A stretch of DNA of 64,000 bases, taken from assembly GCA_965248925.1 (NCBI GenBank), contig CBDFLE010000006.1:3808001-3872000 (forward strand). The letters run 5' to 3'. Source of the stretch: Candidatus Multivoradales bacterium (lineage in GTDB: Bacteria > Acidobacteriota > Thermoanaerobaculia > Multivoradales > J023). Position numbers and translations under genes: made by a program. Positions 1 to 9,607 of this stretch are shown here, one piece after another. The notes below the pieces were generated by a model, which was not told where the DNA came from, made no database searches, and saw nothing but the letters and a program-made list of their open reading frames with translations. The stretch's first letter is position 1. Each line of letters starts with the position of its first letter.

Positions 1-1
1 T

Positions 2-340
2 GGCCAGCTCGGCGAGATCGCCGAAAGCCTTCAGGTCGTGTACCGCTATATCGGCCAAGACCTTGCGGTCGAGGTCGCAGCCGGCCTTGCGCAGGCCGCC
101 CATGAAGGTGTTGTAGGACATCTCGTGCAAGCGGGCCGCGGCATTGATGCGGACGATCCACAGGCGGCGGAATTGGCGTTTGCGCTGGCGCCGGTCGCGG
201 TAGGCAAAGGACAGTGCCCTATCGACCGCTTCTTTGGCGACGCGATGGGCCTTGGAGCGGGCGCCGTAGTAGCCCTTGGCGCTCTTGAGGATCTTACGGC
301 GTTTGTCGGCACGCTTAGTGCCTCTGCGAACTCTCGGCAT
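2..340 (-). CDS. rplT: 50S ribosomal protein L20 (3' end runs off the window)
   Basis: Manual translation from ATG at 340: [30 protein letters not shown]...[25 protein letters not shown]...[11 protein letters not shown]. Lies downstream of rpmI. Not in the ORF track because the stop is outside the window. Confidence 0.97.
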   Translation of the reverse strand, partial: MPRVRRGTKRADKRRKILKSAKGYYGARSKAHRVAKEAVDRALSFAYRDRRQRKRQFRRLWIVRINAAARLHEMSYNTFMGGLRKAGCDLDRKVLADIAVHDLKAFGDLAELA

Positions 341-489
341 GACTGGAACCTCGTTTGTTTAAGGGCGCTCGCTCGCGGCGGCGTCCGTGGCGTGCCGGAT
401 GAGCGGCGCGCCTGAGCCCCGGCGGACAGGTTCGTTCCGCCGGTAGCCGGGTTGTTCTGGCGGCCGCGGTCGACGCAGCCGGTCCCGCG

Positions 490-681
490 CTATCGCAGGA
501 GCTTCTTGATGGTGCCCACCATGGCGGGAGACACCTCGGTACTCTTGCGCAGATGGCGCTTCCGCTTCTGGCTTTTCTTGGTGAGCATGTGGCTGGCCAT
601 CGACTTGTGTCGTAGCACCTTGCCAGTGGCCGTCACCTTGAAGCGTTTGGCTGCTCCGCGATGGGTTTTCTGTTTCGGCAC
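490..681 (-). CDS. rpmI: 50S ribosomal protein L35
   Basis: [22 protein letters not shown]...[15 protein letters not shown] signature. Confidence 0.98.
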   Translation of the reverse strand: MPKQKTHRGAAKRFKVTATGKVLRHKSMASHMLTKKSQKRKRHLRKSTEVSPAMVGTIKKLLR

Positions 682-792
682 GGGTTTGCTCCTTTGTCTA
701 CCGCGTGTCTATTAGCCGCGCCGCAGGCGCGAGTCGCTCTTTATATCCTAGATTTGGTCCGCAGTCAGCTTTTTGCCGCACCTTACAGCTGG

Positions 793-2724
793 CTACAGCT
801 CATTGCTGTGCGAATCGCTCTGCTGAACGGCATGGGCGAGGAAATCTTCGACGCTCAGGCTACCCAGGTCGTCGCCCTGCCGGCGGCGCACGCTGACGCA
901 GCTGGATTCCTGCTCCCGGCCTCCGACCACCAGCATGTAAGGCACCTTCTGCAGCTGCGCTTCACGGATCTTGTAGCCCAGCTTCTCGTTGCGTGAGTCC
1001 AGTTTGGTCCGCAGACCGGCGCCGTGCAGCTGGTCGCGGACTTGCTGGGCGTAGTCCAGGAACTTCTCCGACACCGGCAGCACGATGGCTTGCACCGGAG
1101 CTAGCCACAGGGGAAAGGCACCGGCGGTGTGCTCGATCAGGATGCCGATGAAGCGCTCCAGCGAGCCGAGCATGGCGCGGTGGATCATCACCGGGCGGTG
1201 TTCGGCGCCGTCGCTGCCGACATATTCCAACTCGAAGCGCTCGGGCATCTGGTAGTCGAGCTGCACGGTGCCGAGCTGCCAGCTGCGGCCGATGGAATCG
1301 CGGACTTGGAAGTCGATCTTTGGGCCATAGAAGGCGCCGTCGCCTTGGTTGGTGTCGTAGGCGATGCCTTGGCGGTCCAACGCCGCCCGCAGCGCGCCCT
1401 CGGCGCGGTCCCACATCTCATCGCTGCCAATGCGTTTCTCCGGTCGGGTGGAGATTTCGATGTCGATCTCAAAGCCGAAGGTGCCGTAGATCTGCTGGAT
1501 CATCTCCACCGTGCGCAGGACCTCTTCTTCAACCTGTTCTGCGGTGCAGAAGATGTGGCCGTCGTCCTGGCAGAAAGTGCGCACCCGGGTCAGCCCAGAG
1601 ACCACGCCGCTGCGTTCGTAGCGATGCAGCCGGCCGAAGTCGGCATAGCGGATCGGCAGGTCGCGGTAGGAGCGCAGCCGGGTGGAGTAGATCAAGCAGT
1701 GGGTCGGGCAATTCATCGGCTTGACCGCCAGCTGGCGGTCGTCGGCATCGATGAAGAACATCGCCTCGCGATAGTTCTCGTAGTGGCCCGAGGTATGCCA
1801 GAGGTCGACGTCGAGGATCTGCGGCGTCACCACTTCGTCGTAGCCGTATTGGTGGTAGAGCTGGCGCACATGCTCGATCAGCTGATTGTAGATCACCGTG
1901 CCGTTGGGGTGAAAAAACGGGCTGGCGGGCGCCTGCGGGTGAAAGCTGAACAAGTCCAGCTCCGGCCCCAGTCGCCGGTGGTCGCGCTTCCGCGCCTCCT
2001 CGATCTGTTGCAGATGGGCGGCGAGTTCCTTCTTCGAGCCGAAAGCGGTGCCATAGATTCGTTGCAGTCGCTCGTTGGCTTCGTCCCCTTTGAAGTACAC
2101 CCCGGAGGCTTCTAGGAGCTTGATGGCGCCGATCTGACCAACGTTCTGTACGTGCGGCCCACGGCATAGGTCGGTGAACCGGCCATGGCGAAAGAGGGTG
2201 ATGGTCTCGCCCTCGGGGATATCCTCCAAGCGCACCTGTTTCAGAGTCTCGCCGAGTTTGGCGAAGATCTTCGCTGCTTCCTCGCGGCTCACTTCGATGC
2301 GCTCGAAGGTTGCCTTCTCCTTCAGGATCTCCTTCATCTTGGCTTCGATCTGCTCTAGATCTTCAGGGGTGAAGGCGCGCGAAAAGCGGAAATCGTATTG
2401 GTACTTCTCCGAGTGGTCCTGGCGTCCGGCGTCGTACTCGACCTCTGGCCAGAGGCGTTTGACCGCGTCGGCCATCACGTGCTCGGCCGAGTGGCGGATA
2501 AATTGGCCGGCCTCGGCGTCGCGGGAGGTGAAGAGGCGGAAGCGACCGCTGTGGTGCATCGGTTGGCGCAGATCCACCAACTCACCGTCAAGTTCGGCGC
2601 CGAGGGCTGCTTTGGCCAGGCCGGGGCCGATTTCAGTGGCGATATCCAGCGGTGTGGCGCCGTGGGCGGTGGAGCGAACCGAGCCATCGGGGAGGGTCAG
2701 TTCAAGGGTGGTGGGTGTGCTCAT
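793..2724 (-). CDS. thrS: Threonine--tRNA ligase
   Basis: TGS N-terminus, RHSAEH and DLCRGPHV editing motifs, KPMNCP, GAFYGPKID, HRAMLGSLERF, anticodon-binding domain. Confidence 0.99.
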   Translation of the reverse strand: MSTPTTLELTLPDGSVRSTAHGATPLDIATEIGPGLAKAALGAELDGELVDLRQPMHHSGRFRLFTSRDAEAGQFIRHSAEHVMADAVKRLWPEVEYDAGRQDHSEKYQYDFRFSRAFTPEDLEQIEAKMKEILKEKATFERIEVSREEAAKIFAKLGETLKQVRLEDIPEGETITLFRHGRFTDLCRGPHVQNVGQIGAIKLLEASGVYFKGDEANERLQRIYGTAFGSKKELAAHLQQIEEARKRDHRRLGPELDLFSFHPQAPASPFFHPNGTVIYNQLIEHVRQLYHQYGYDEVVTPQILDVDLWHTSGHYENYREAMFFIDADDRQLAVKPMNCPTHCLIYSTRLRSYRDLPIRYADFGRLHRYERSGVVSGLTRVRTFCQDDGHIFCTAEQVEEEVLRTVEMIQQIYGTFGFEIDIEISTRPEKRIGSDEMWDRAEGALRAALDRQGIAYDTNQGDGAFYGPKIDFQVRDSIGRSWQLGTVQLDYQMPERFELEYVGSDGAEHRPVMIHRAMLGSLERFIGILIEHTAGAFPLWLAPVQAIVLPVSEKFLDYAQQVRDQLHGAGLRTKLDSRNEKLGYKIREAQLQKVPYMLVVGGREQESSCVSVRRRQGDDLGSLSVEDFLAHAVQQSDSHSNEL

Positions 2725-2823
2725 CGCCTTGCCTAGATGCCTTGGTCGGAGAATCCGCTGCCGGTAGGGCGCGGAAGGGCCAGTTGCTTCTTCGGGGAAC
2801 GGGGGGAAATCGCGAGCCGACCC

Positions 2824-2900
2824 TGGTAGGCGCTAGCGGACTCGAACCGCTGACCTCTACCGTGTGAAGGTAGCGCTCTAACCAGCTGAGCTAAGCGCCT
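2824..2900 (-). tRNA. tRNA-Val(CAC)
   Basis: Reverse complement AGGCGCTTAGCTCAGCTGGTTAGAGCGCTACCTTCACACGGTAGAGGTCAGCGGTTCGAGTCCGCTAGCGCCTACCA folds as a cloverleaf; anticodon CAC, encoded CCA. Confidence 0.97.
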
Positions 2901-2958
2901 AGGATCTGGATTACTCGACGACTCCACCCGACCGACTGGCTATCGGCCATTCTCGCCT

Positions 2959-3035
2959 TGGTAGGCCCGAGCGGACTCGAACCGCTGACCTCTACGATGT
3001 CAACGTAGCGCTCTAACCAGCTGAGCTACGGGCCT
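2959..3035 (-). tRNA. tRNA-Val(GAC)
   Basis: Reverse complement AGGCCCGTAGCTCAGCTGGTTAGAGCGCTACGTTGACATCGTAGAGGTCAGCGGTTCGAGTCCGCTCGGGCCTACCA; anticodon GAC, encoded CCA. Confidence 0.97.
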
Positions 3036-3320
3036 GAAACTGTCCTCGGATCGCCGCCGCGAGGCGGCTGCCAAGGATCGTGGAGGGTAGCAAAGGGGCG
3101 GGTGGGGTGTCAACCCAGCTGCTCCCCAGCGCAGTCGCTCCTCCAGAACGGCTGGCAGCGCCCGCCGGACACACCGCCAATGCCGCTCCGGCTAGGTAGA
3201 CTTATTCGTTTCTTGGCAGCCACGTAGAAGGCAGTTGAACATCCCGTCTGATCAAGCTGTACTCCTCAGTCAGCGAATCCTGGACAGAGATTATGAAGTG
3301 TGAAACACTACTATTGCTAG

Positions 3321-4817
3321 CAGCCCGTGGCAGAAGTCCGTTTCTACAAAATGTGGCCTAAATTGAGGCCAGCCGGCGCAGGTGGTCTGATCGAAGATCT
3401 TAGTGGCCAATATCCGCTCTCGTGCGGCAGAAGCCAGCTCAGCAAGCTATATACGGCGCGAAAGCCCTGTTCGAGAGCCGAAAGAAAGCCCTGAAGGGCC
3501 CGTGGAGTGCCGGCTCCATACATTTGACGAAGCAGCAGCCCAAGATTGAATCCCGCGATGTGAATCAGCAACCTTTTGCGGATGTTGTCGTGACCTCGAA
3601 GGTGGGTCCTTCTCATACCGCCAGTCTCGTAGCAATGGGCAAAGGTGCGTTCTACTTTCTCTCCTCGACGCCGCGACAGCTCGCGGCCTCGACGACCCTT
3701 GATCCGTCGACGGTTGGCATACACCGCTTGCTTCTCCGCCTCTTTGCCGCACCAGTTGCGTCGGCCTCGATCCGGTTCCGAAATATAGGTTCGAATCTTC
3801 CCTTGACGCTGTGCCTTCATGACCGCGTTACTGTGATAGCCCTTGTCAGCCACCAGCTCTGAACGGACTTTCTCGCTCAAGTGATCGCCAGCCCCCGAAT
3901 CCTCAACGACATCTTCCAGCACCGCAGCGACTTCATCCAACGTCCGCTCTAGGCTCGACGTGTCCCCTCGGTCTGCAGGTTGCACCGTCACCGCCACAAC
4001 CGCACCCGTCTCCATATCCACCGCATGCTCGGCTTTGTGCGCCAGATGCGTCCGCCCATCCTTCATTCGCGTGACTTTGGCGTCGGGATCGTGGGGGTTC
4101 TTCCAGTCGCCGTTCGACGTCTTTTTGTTCTTCCTTTGGCGGTCAAAACGCGCCAGATCCGCTCGCGTCGGGGTCTCCACACCCGAAGCCTCGGCCAGGC
4201 GCGTGAGAAACTCTTCGTTGCTCTCGCCCGAGTCTCGACGCACGATGCTGCGCATCGCCGCGTTCGCCTCGAGGGTCGTCGCATCGATGCCCAGCGTCTT
4301 TCCCCGGAGCAAGCCAGCCTTCGCCAGTACTTGCAAAGCCCAAGCAAACACCGCCTCATGGGTCTCGAGATCGATCAGGCGACGGGTCCGAGAGAGCGTC
4401 GAATGGTCCGGGGTCTGGTCCGAGAGTTCGAAGCCCAGAAAGTCGCGCAGAGTCATCGAATCCGCAAGCCGCCATGCGATACCTCGCTCAGAGTCGATAC
4501 CCTCGAAGAAGCCGATCAACAGCAACCGAAAATACACCGCGGGCGCCAGCGAAGGCCGTCCCATCCTCGTAGCGTAAAACCTCGCGCACTGCTCCTCGAT
4601 AAAGCGATCGAAACCGTGCTTGTCGAGAATCTTGGACAGACGCTCGTAGAAAGGATGTCCTGGGGACTTGGCCAGCGCCTGGGTTTCCACCCAGAGCTGC
4701 CGCTGTCTTCGTTTGCTTCGCCTGCCCATCGCCATGGTCGCTACCTCCCTCGGGTGGAAAGATTCTACCAGGGAAGATCGCCAAGACGGCCGTAATCGGG
4801 ACTTTCACCACGGGCTG
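3321..4817 (-). mobile_element. Insertion sequence (IS1182/IS5-like DDE), apparently intact
   Basis: Terminal inverted repeats CAGCCCGTGGcagAAGTCC / GGACTTtcaCCACGGGCTG; CTAG target duplication at 3317-3320 and 4818-4821; single transposase. Confidence 0.9.
3344..4735 (-). CDS. DDE transposase (DUF772 N-terminus + DDE_Tnp_1)
   Basis: GRPSLAP, PDHSTLSRTRR, GIDATTLEANA, ADKGY, VERTFAH motifs. Confidence 0.93.
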   Translation of the reverse strand: MAMGRRSKRRQRQLWVETQALAKSPGHPFYERLSKILDKHGFDRFIEEQCARFYATRMGRPSLAPAVYFRLLLIGFFEGIDSERGIAWRLADSMTLRDFLGFELSDQTPDHSTLSRTRRLIDLETHEAVFAWALQVLAKAGLLRGKTLGIDATTLEANAAMRSIVRRDSGESNEEFLTRLAEASGVETPTRADLARFDRQRKNKKTSNGDWKNPHDPDAKVTRMKDGRTHLAHKAEHAVDMETGAVVAVTVQPADRGDTSSLERTLDEVAAVLEDVVEDSGAGDHLSEKVRSELVADKGYHSNAVMKAQRQGKIRTYISEPDRGRRNWCGKEAEKQAVYANRRRIKGRRGRELSRRRGEKVERTFAHCYETGGMRRTHLRGHDNIRKRLLIHIAGFNLGLLLRQMYGAGTPRALQGFLSALEQGFRAVYSLLSWLLPHESGYWPLRSSIRPPAPAGLNLGHIL

Positions 4818-4858
4818 CTAGGGGGCTACATTGCAAGATCCTATTTGGATGAGCTATC

Positions 4859-6652
4859 ATGCTAAGCAAATCTTCCCTCAATCCTTCTACCTCCCACTTT
4901 GTTCTAGGCTTCATTCTATTTTGGCTAGTTGGAAGACTTCCTGCAAGTAGCGACGAGTTAATAAGCCCCTATTGGGAGACCGGTCCTGGTTTCTCAACTA
5001 AGGTAGAAGTCACCAACAACGCTGAGTCCCCCCGCTCTTTCACCCTCTCGGCCTCAATCCGTGGGGTTGACGATGTCGTCCTGGCGTCACAAACCATCGC
5101 TTCGCTCAGTACCGTCACCCTCGACCTTGAATCCCTGCTTCAGGGTGAGTTCAGAGGCCGATTGATGTGGGGCTCTGCAGTCCTCTATGGTGCCGACCTT
5201 ACCGGCGTGATCGCCTGGATTGTGTCTGGCGATACCGGTAGATCGGCGCAGAAGGTCAGCACCTTCATCTGGTCTCACCAGACCGCTAAGGGACTCATCA
5301 CACAGTGGCAGCGGCCAGATCCAGACACAAGTCTCAAGATTTTACTCTCCAACCCTGGGCCACAGCCTTCCCGTCCGACGGCGACGATTTGCAATCAGGA
5401 TGGGAGTTGCCAGGAGCAGACCCTGCTCGTGGGGCCCGGCAGTACCAAGCTTCTCCACTACTCGGCGTCACACCTGCGGAGTCTCGGCGACAGCGGCTAC
5501 GTGAGGATCTCGGCCAGCTCCCAGGGGCTCCTCGGTCGCGGTGTTACGTCCTCGCGTTCTAGCTTGAGATCAAGCTCTGTCGAGTTGCAGCCGCTGAATC
5601 TCTATGGCACCAGACTACAATCGACGCCGGTACCGTTCGGGGTGCCTGGCGAAGAGTACGGCTTTCCGGTTCGGGGCTATTATTCCAACAGCTTGTTGAT
5701 TTCGAACGTCTCAGAGAGCCGGCGTGAAGTTGCCATCGTCTCCTATCGGGACGATGGCTCTCGCCGCGAGCACAGTCTCCTCACACTGGGTGGTTTTGAA
5801 ACCAGGCTGATCAAAGATCTGCCCGCCAGGGGGCGGGGAGGTTTTAGGTCGATCGAAATCGTCGACTCCCATTCGACGGGTTCCATCATCGGCCAGGTTG
5901 TAACCTCGATGCGGGGCTCGACGGCGGAGTACAGTTGCCCATTGACCAGCGTAGAGCTGGCAGGCACACATAAGTTCGCGGTGACTTTCGATCTTAAGCC
6001 GGGGAGAACAACGGTCCTGTCCGCCAAGAATGTTGACGACGAAGAGACTACCTTTTCCATCGCTCTTCATTTTGCCACCGAGAGCGGCTCCGGCGTTTGG
6101 ATTTTCCACCCCTTCAAGGCCAACCCACAGGGGCTGATCACGGTAAACCTGAAAGATCTGCGCGACCAACGCACTCTGGGGTATGACGGCAGCCCTTTGC
6201 CGTTAGATCTAGTGCATGGCAGTGCGGTGATCGGCTCTTCGAACTCGCGGATGTTGGCGGCAGATCCGACTTTTGACTTTTCAAGGAATACTGTGGCGCT
6301 CTGCAATCAGCATTGCGGTGAAGGCGATACTGTGGGTGGAGATCACGAGATGATTATCACTCCTTGCGAGCTGCTTTTTGGGCCGCCGCCGCCAGATTCC
6401 GTAACAAACATTACTGACATAGGGGAGGTTTTCTACGAACTTGTCAACAATCAGGAGGTTGCGCCGAATGTTTTTAACTGCACTTATAAGCCGTGCGAGA
6501 CAGGCAAGTGTCGCAGGACTTTTCTTGAACTTGGTACTAGTTTCTGTCCTCCTGGGATTGTGAACTACTGGTTCGAACTGAAGCACTGGTATATTTTCAG
6601 ATACTGTGAGCGAATTATCCATAGGCACATCGGATTTAGGCCCTGCCTGTAG
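4859..6652 (+). CDS. Secreted hypothetical protein with beta-rich repeats and a Cys-rich C-terminal domain
   Basis: 597-aa ORF; hydrophobic N-terminal signal-like segment; many Cys in the last ~120 aa. Confidence 0.7.
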   Translation: MLSKSSLNPSTSHFVLGFILFWLVGRLPASSDELISPYWETGPGFSTKVEVTNNAESPRSFTLSASIRGVDDVVLASQTIASLSTVTLDLESLLQGEFRGRLMWGSAVLYGADLTGVIAWIVSGDTGRSAQKVSTFIWSHQTAKGLITQWQRPDPDTSLKILLSNPGPQPSRPTATICNQDGSCQEQTLLVGPGSTKLLHYSASHLRSLGDSGYVRISASSQGLLGRGVTSSRSSLRSSSVELQPLNLYGTRLQSTPVPFGVPGEEYGFPVRGYYSNSLLISNVSESRREVAIVSYRDDGSRREHSLLTLGGFETRLIKDLPARGRGGFRSIEIVDSHSTGSIIGQVVTSMRGSTAEYSCPLTSVELAGTHKFAVTFDLKPGRTTVLSAKNVDDEETTFSIALHFATESGSGVWIFHPFKANPQGLITVNLKDLRDQRTLGYDGSPLPLDLVHGSAVIGSSNSRMLAADPTFDFSRNTVALCNQHCGEGDTVGGDHEMIITPCELLFGPPPPDSVTNITDIGEVFYELVNNQEVAPNVFNCTYKPCETGKCRRTFLELGTSFCPPGIVNYWFELKHWYIFRYCERIIHRHIGFRPCL

Positions 6653-7524
6653 TGGATAGCGACACGGCCATCCACGTCCTGCGATCAGCAGAGCATCAGC
6701 ACCCGGTCGCTGTCCATCTGGCCTTCGAGGCCGCTCGGTCGCGCCGGCTCCTGGCTGCAAAGCCGGTGATCTTGCGTATGCTACAAGAGCGGATTCGAGA
6801 GGTGCCCGATCTGGTGATGGACTCAAGGGCTCGGGGTTGTGTCGCCTATCTTGGGGCCGTCGGGGACAGCAGCGATAGGAAGCTCCTGGCCGATCTCTCC
6901 GAGAAATATCCGCGGTTTCTGGCGACGATCGGTTTTTCGATGACGGAGGCGGGAACTGAAGAAGCCAGGAGTTTGCTCGTCAATGTCATGCATCGTCCGG
7001 GCGAGGAGCCAGAAAACAAGGCTCGGGCCTCATCTCTCTTGTTGAGTAGGTTTGGCGACCATCAGGGTCTGCGTATGTTCGCGCGGGGGCTGTGTAGTGG
7101 CGAGGTGCCTGAATTCAGGAGGAGTCTCAATGCCTTTAGCCAGGTGCCGAGAACCGCTCAGGGTGAGAAGTACGATGAGATGGTCTGGGCGGCAATCGCT
7201 CAGCAACAGCACCCCGATATGTTGGTGACGGTACTGAATTCCGTTCAGTTCACCCGTCAGCTGAATTCAGAGCGACTGGCGCTACTCGCCGGGCTCTTGC
7301 TGGATAAGCGTCGCGGCAGAGAGTTTTACGGCGGCCGACCATCGAACCGTGGGCGAGTGGCCCGCGTTCAACACTTCGCGGGTCACTATCTGTCCTTGCA
7401 GTTTCAACATCAAGGAAGCCCGGTTGGCGACCCCGACGCCTTTTTCTCGTGGTGGCCCCCCAGACGGCAGAAACACCTCGATCTGGTGACGGGTGAGGTT
7501 GCTGCCCTGCGATCGCAGTCCTGA
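6652..7524 (+). CDS. Hypothetical helical (HEAT-like) protein
   Basis: 290-aa ORF; GTG start overlaps the upstream stop (TAGTG); YLGAVGD and LLSRFGD resemble HEAT repeats. Confidence 0.6.
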   Translation: MDSDTAIHVLRSAEHQHPVAVHLAFEAARSRRLLAAKPVILRMLQERIREVPDLVMDSRARGCVAYLGAVGDSSDRKLLADLSEKYPRFLATIGFSMTEAGTEEARSLLVNVMHRPGEEPENKARASSLLLSRFGDHQGLRMFARGLCSGEVPEFRRSLNAFSQVPRTAQGEKYDEMVWAAIAQQQHPDMLVTVLNSVQFTRQLNSERLALLAGLLLDKRRGREFYGGRPSNRGRVARVQHFAGHYLSLQFQHQGSPVGDPDAFFSWWPPRRQKHLDLVTGEVAALRSQS

Positions 7525-7794
7525 ACCTGGCGGTGAGTCTGTTGGCTGCCCTTCTTGGCACCGCCGCCGCGATTTAAGAAGTGGCCGGCCAGCGGCCACG
7601 GCGGGGGATTGCGCCGCGTGTTGACGGCCGTGGCCGGTGGGCGATGAAGTTAAGGGCGGATTCCCTCAACGCGCCCAATCGCAGCTCTGCCGGAGAAAAG
7701 CCCGGCCGGTGGTTGCGAGGGGGTGGCGAGCGTCCGAGTGCTCGCTCCGTTAACCACCGACCGGGCTGCCGAACCCACCTGGCAGGAGCCTCAG

Positions 7795-8205
7795 TCAGAA
7801 CCTCAAGGAGCTAGGGGTATCGCCTCCGCGCCTCGCGGCAAGCCAGATCCTGACGGTCCCATTGCCGTAGCTAGCGGCCACCAAATAACTTGAGATCAAT
7901 GCTGCGACAGTGCGATCTTCGAGGGCCAGAATCTCGGCGAATCTGAGTTGCCAACGACCGTTCCAAATCGCCCAGATAGCCAGGGTCAAGACCCTTTCCC
8001 TGGGCGGCGCTTGGTCGATCTCTGAGAGATGCTCGTAGGCAGTATTCTTGGGTCCATTCGCCCCCCACAGCTCGGCGCGGCCCATTCGATCGAGCAGCAG
8101 GCGGCAGACGGCCAGGCGCAGCTTTGGATCAACCAAATCGAAACCCCCGAAGATTCGGTAGCGGACAGGGGCACATCGAGCGCACGGACCGTGCCGGGTG
8201 CTCAA
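7795..8205 (-). CDS. Hypothetical protein (true start probably ~8150)
   Basis: Protein-like segment LAVCRLLL..LW...GP...AIWAIWNG; last gene of a minus-strand run. Confidence 0.55.
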   Translation of the reverse strand: MSTRHGPCARCAPVRYRIFGGFDLVDPKLRLAVCRLLLDRMGRAELWGANGPKNTAYEHLSEIDQAPPRERVLTLAIWAIWNGRWQLRFAEILALEDRTVAALISSYLVAASYGNGTVRIWLAARRGGDTPSSLRF

Positions 8206-8590
8206 TGGGTCGAATTACAACGTCGAGCGCCTGCCAGTGCGCGTCAACCGTCTTGGAGAGCCCGGCTAGTGCCCTTAGCTCAAGCCATGACGGTTGCTCT
8301 GCGCCGCCAATCCACAGCACCACCGCGGCGGGGTCGTAGGGCTGCCCGGCGAGCAGCAGCTCGGTCACATCGAGCGCCGCCAAGCCAGCGGATGCTAGGC
8401 AATGAGCCACCGGAATGTGCTGGGCGTCGAGCAGCAACACGCCGCCGGGCTCGGATCTACTGAGCAGTAAGTTCAGAACCAACGCCGCCTCAGCGACCGA
8501 CGCTAGCCCCTGGCAGGTCCACATCTCCCCCAGCTCGACCTGGACGACCTTTGCCTTCGGGTGCTGCCCGATCAAGGCTTGAGTGCTCAC
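8129..8590 (-). CDS. Degenerate RadC/JAB-like protein
   Basis: E-x-x-x-VLLLD, AAVVLW, QPS, ALDVVI have RadC spacing, but HNHPSG is absent; GTG start overlaps the upstream stop (GTGA). Confidence 0.5.
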   Translation of the reverse strand: MSTQALIGQHPKAKVVQVELGEMWTCQGLASVAEAALVLNLLLSRSEPGGVLLLDAQHIPVAHCLASAGLAALDVTELLLAGQPYDPAAVVLWIGGAEQPSWLELRALAGLSKTVDAHWQALDVVIRPIEHPARSVRSMCPCPLPNLRGFRFG

Positions 8591-9120
8591 CTCTGCCCAC
8601 CCGGACCCCGTGAGATCTGGACCAGCTCGTTGCCGGCTTGTCGTAAGAACCCCAGAGCTGGCGCGAACTGCCTGCAAGGCGGCGAGATGGCAATATCTCT
8701 CTGCGCCAGGGTCGAGTGGCGCAGGGCGGCCAGAGCACCAATTCGGACCTCGCCGGCAGCCACCACCGCGCTATCGATCTGTTGCTCTACAGCGCCGCGC
8801 CAGCTAGCTAGCTGGTGGTCGGCGGCGGCCGCGTCCTCTGCGGTCCACAGTTCACCGGGCGGTGCCTGGCCGAGGAGCAGAAGGGTATCAAGAGTGGCTC
8901 GAAGATCGGCCACCAACGAGCCATAGCCGCCCAGTGGGAAGACCTCAACCGGCGCTCTATCTGCCGGGTCGTCGGGTCGCGCTCCGGGGGGCCTCGGGGC
9001 CAGCGGCACCAACACCCAGGGCAGCACCATCGCACGCTCGGCGGCGACGATCAAAGCTGCTGCTTCGAGGCAGCCTCGGCGCAACTGCTGCGGCGCGACT
9101 GGATAGAGCAGTGTGCTCAC
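8587..9120 (-). CDS. Hypothetical protein
   Basis: 177-aa ORF translationally coupled to the downstream gene. Confidence 0.55.
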   Translation of the reverse strand: MSTLLYPVAPQQLRRGCLEAAALIVAAERAMVLPWVLVPLAPRPPGARPDDPADRAPVEVFPLGGYGSLVADLRATLDTLLLLGQAPPGELWTAEDAAAADHQLASWRGAVEQQIDSAVVAAGEVRIGALAALRHSTLAQRDIAISPPCRQFAPALGFLRQAGNELVQISRGPGGQR

Positions 9121-9193
9121 GAGTTTGGCTCCCTATTGGCGGCGCTGCAGGTTCGCTGGCTGGCGACTAACTCGGCATCTACAGCGGGCCGGA

Positions 9194-9607
9194 TCACTGC
9201 ACCGTCCTCAGTCGCTGGCCGCTGGATCTCACCAGCAGGGCGATGCGGGCTCGCTGATCGGCGCCGCGCCGCTCCAGCCAGCTCTCGATCAGCTCCTCCT
9301 CCGAGATCTCGGCCGCGTCACTCAGCAGGCCGATCGTGGTGCCGACCTGCTCCGTTGCCAGCTCCGTGGCACCGAGCATTGCTTCCAAGATCGTTGGCGG
9401 TTGAAGCTCGGCGCTCGCCAACTCCCGCTTGGCAAAGCCGCCACGATGGGTCGGCACGGTGGGCGGATCGGGGAGCATAGCCAGCAGGTCAGCCAGCTTG
9501 TCCTCCAAGCGCCGCAACTCGGCGCCGGTCTCTAGCATCACCGCCCGCGCCTGGGATTCGATTTGCTCGGGCGAAGCAACTTTCGCAACTGGTTGTGGGT
9601 CGCTCAT
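9194..9607 (-). CDS. Small helical hypothetical protein divergent from the HTH-TPR gene
   Basis: MSDPQPVAKV...; its 5' part is conserved in the second repeat copy at 13605-13712. Confidence 0.7.
   Translation of the reverse strand: MSDPQPVAKVASPEQIESQARAVMLETGAELRRLEDKLADLLAMLPDPPTVPTHRGGFAKRELASAELQPPTILEAMLGATELATEQVGTTIGLLSDAAEISEEELIESWLERRGADQRARIALLVRSSGQRLRTVQ

Noticed and set aside
1129-2115. Long antisense or alternate-frame ORFs (also 29433-30476, 47253-48089 and similar)
   Set aside because: Shadow ORFs of well-supported genes, expected in high-GC DNA.
2824-3320. tRNA-anchored integrative island
   Set aside because: The accessory block lies on the 5' side of the tRNAs; no integrase and no duplicated tRNA 3' end were seen.
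7518-7756. attC-like AAC...GTT segments after the 6652-7524 gene
   Set aside because: Spacing and internal palindromy do not fit R''-L''-L'-R' convincingly.
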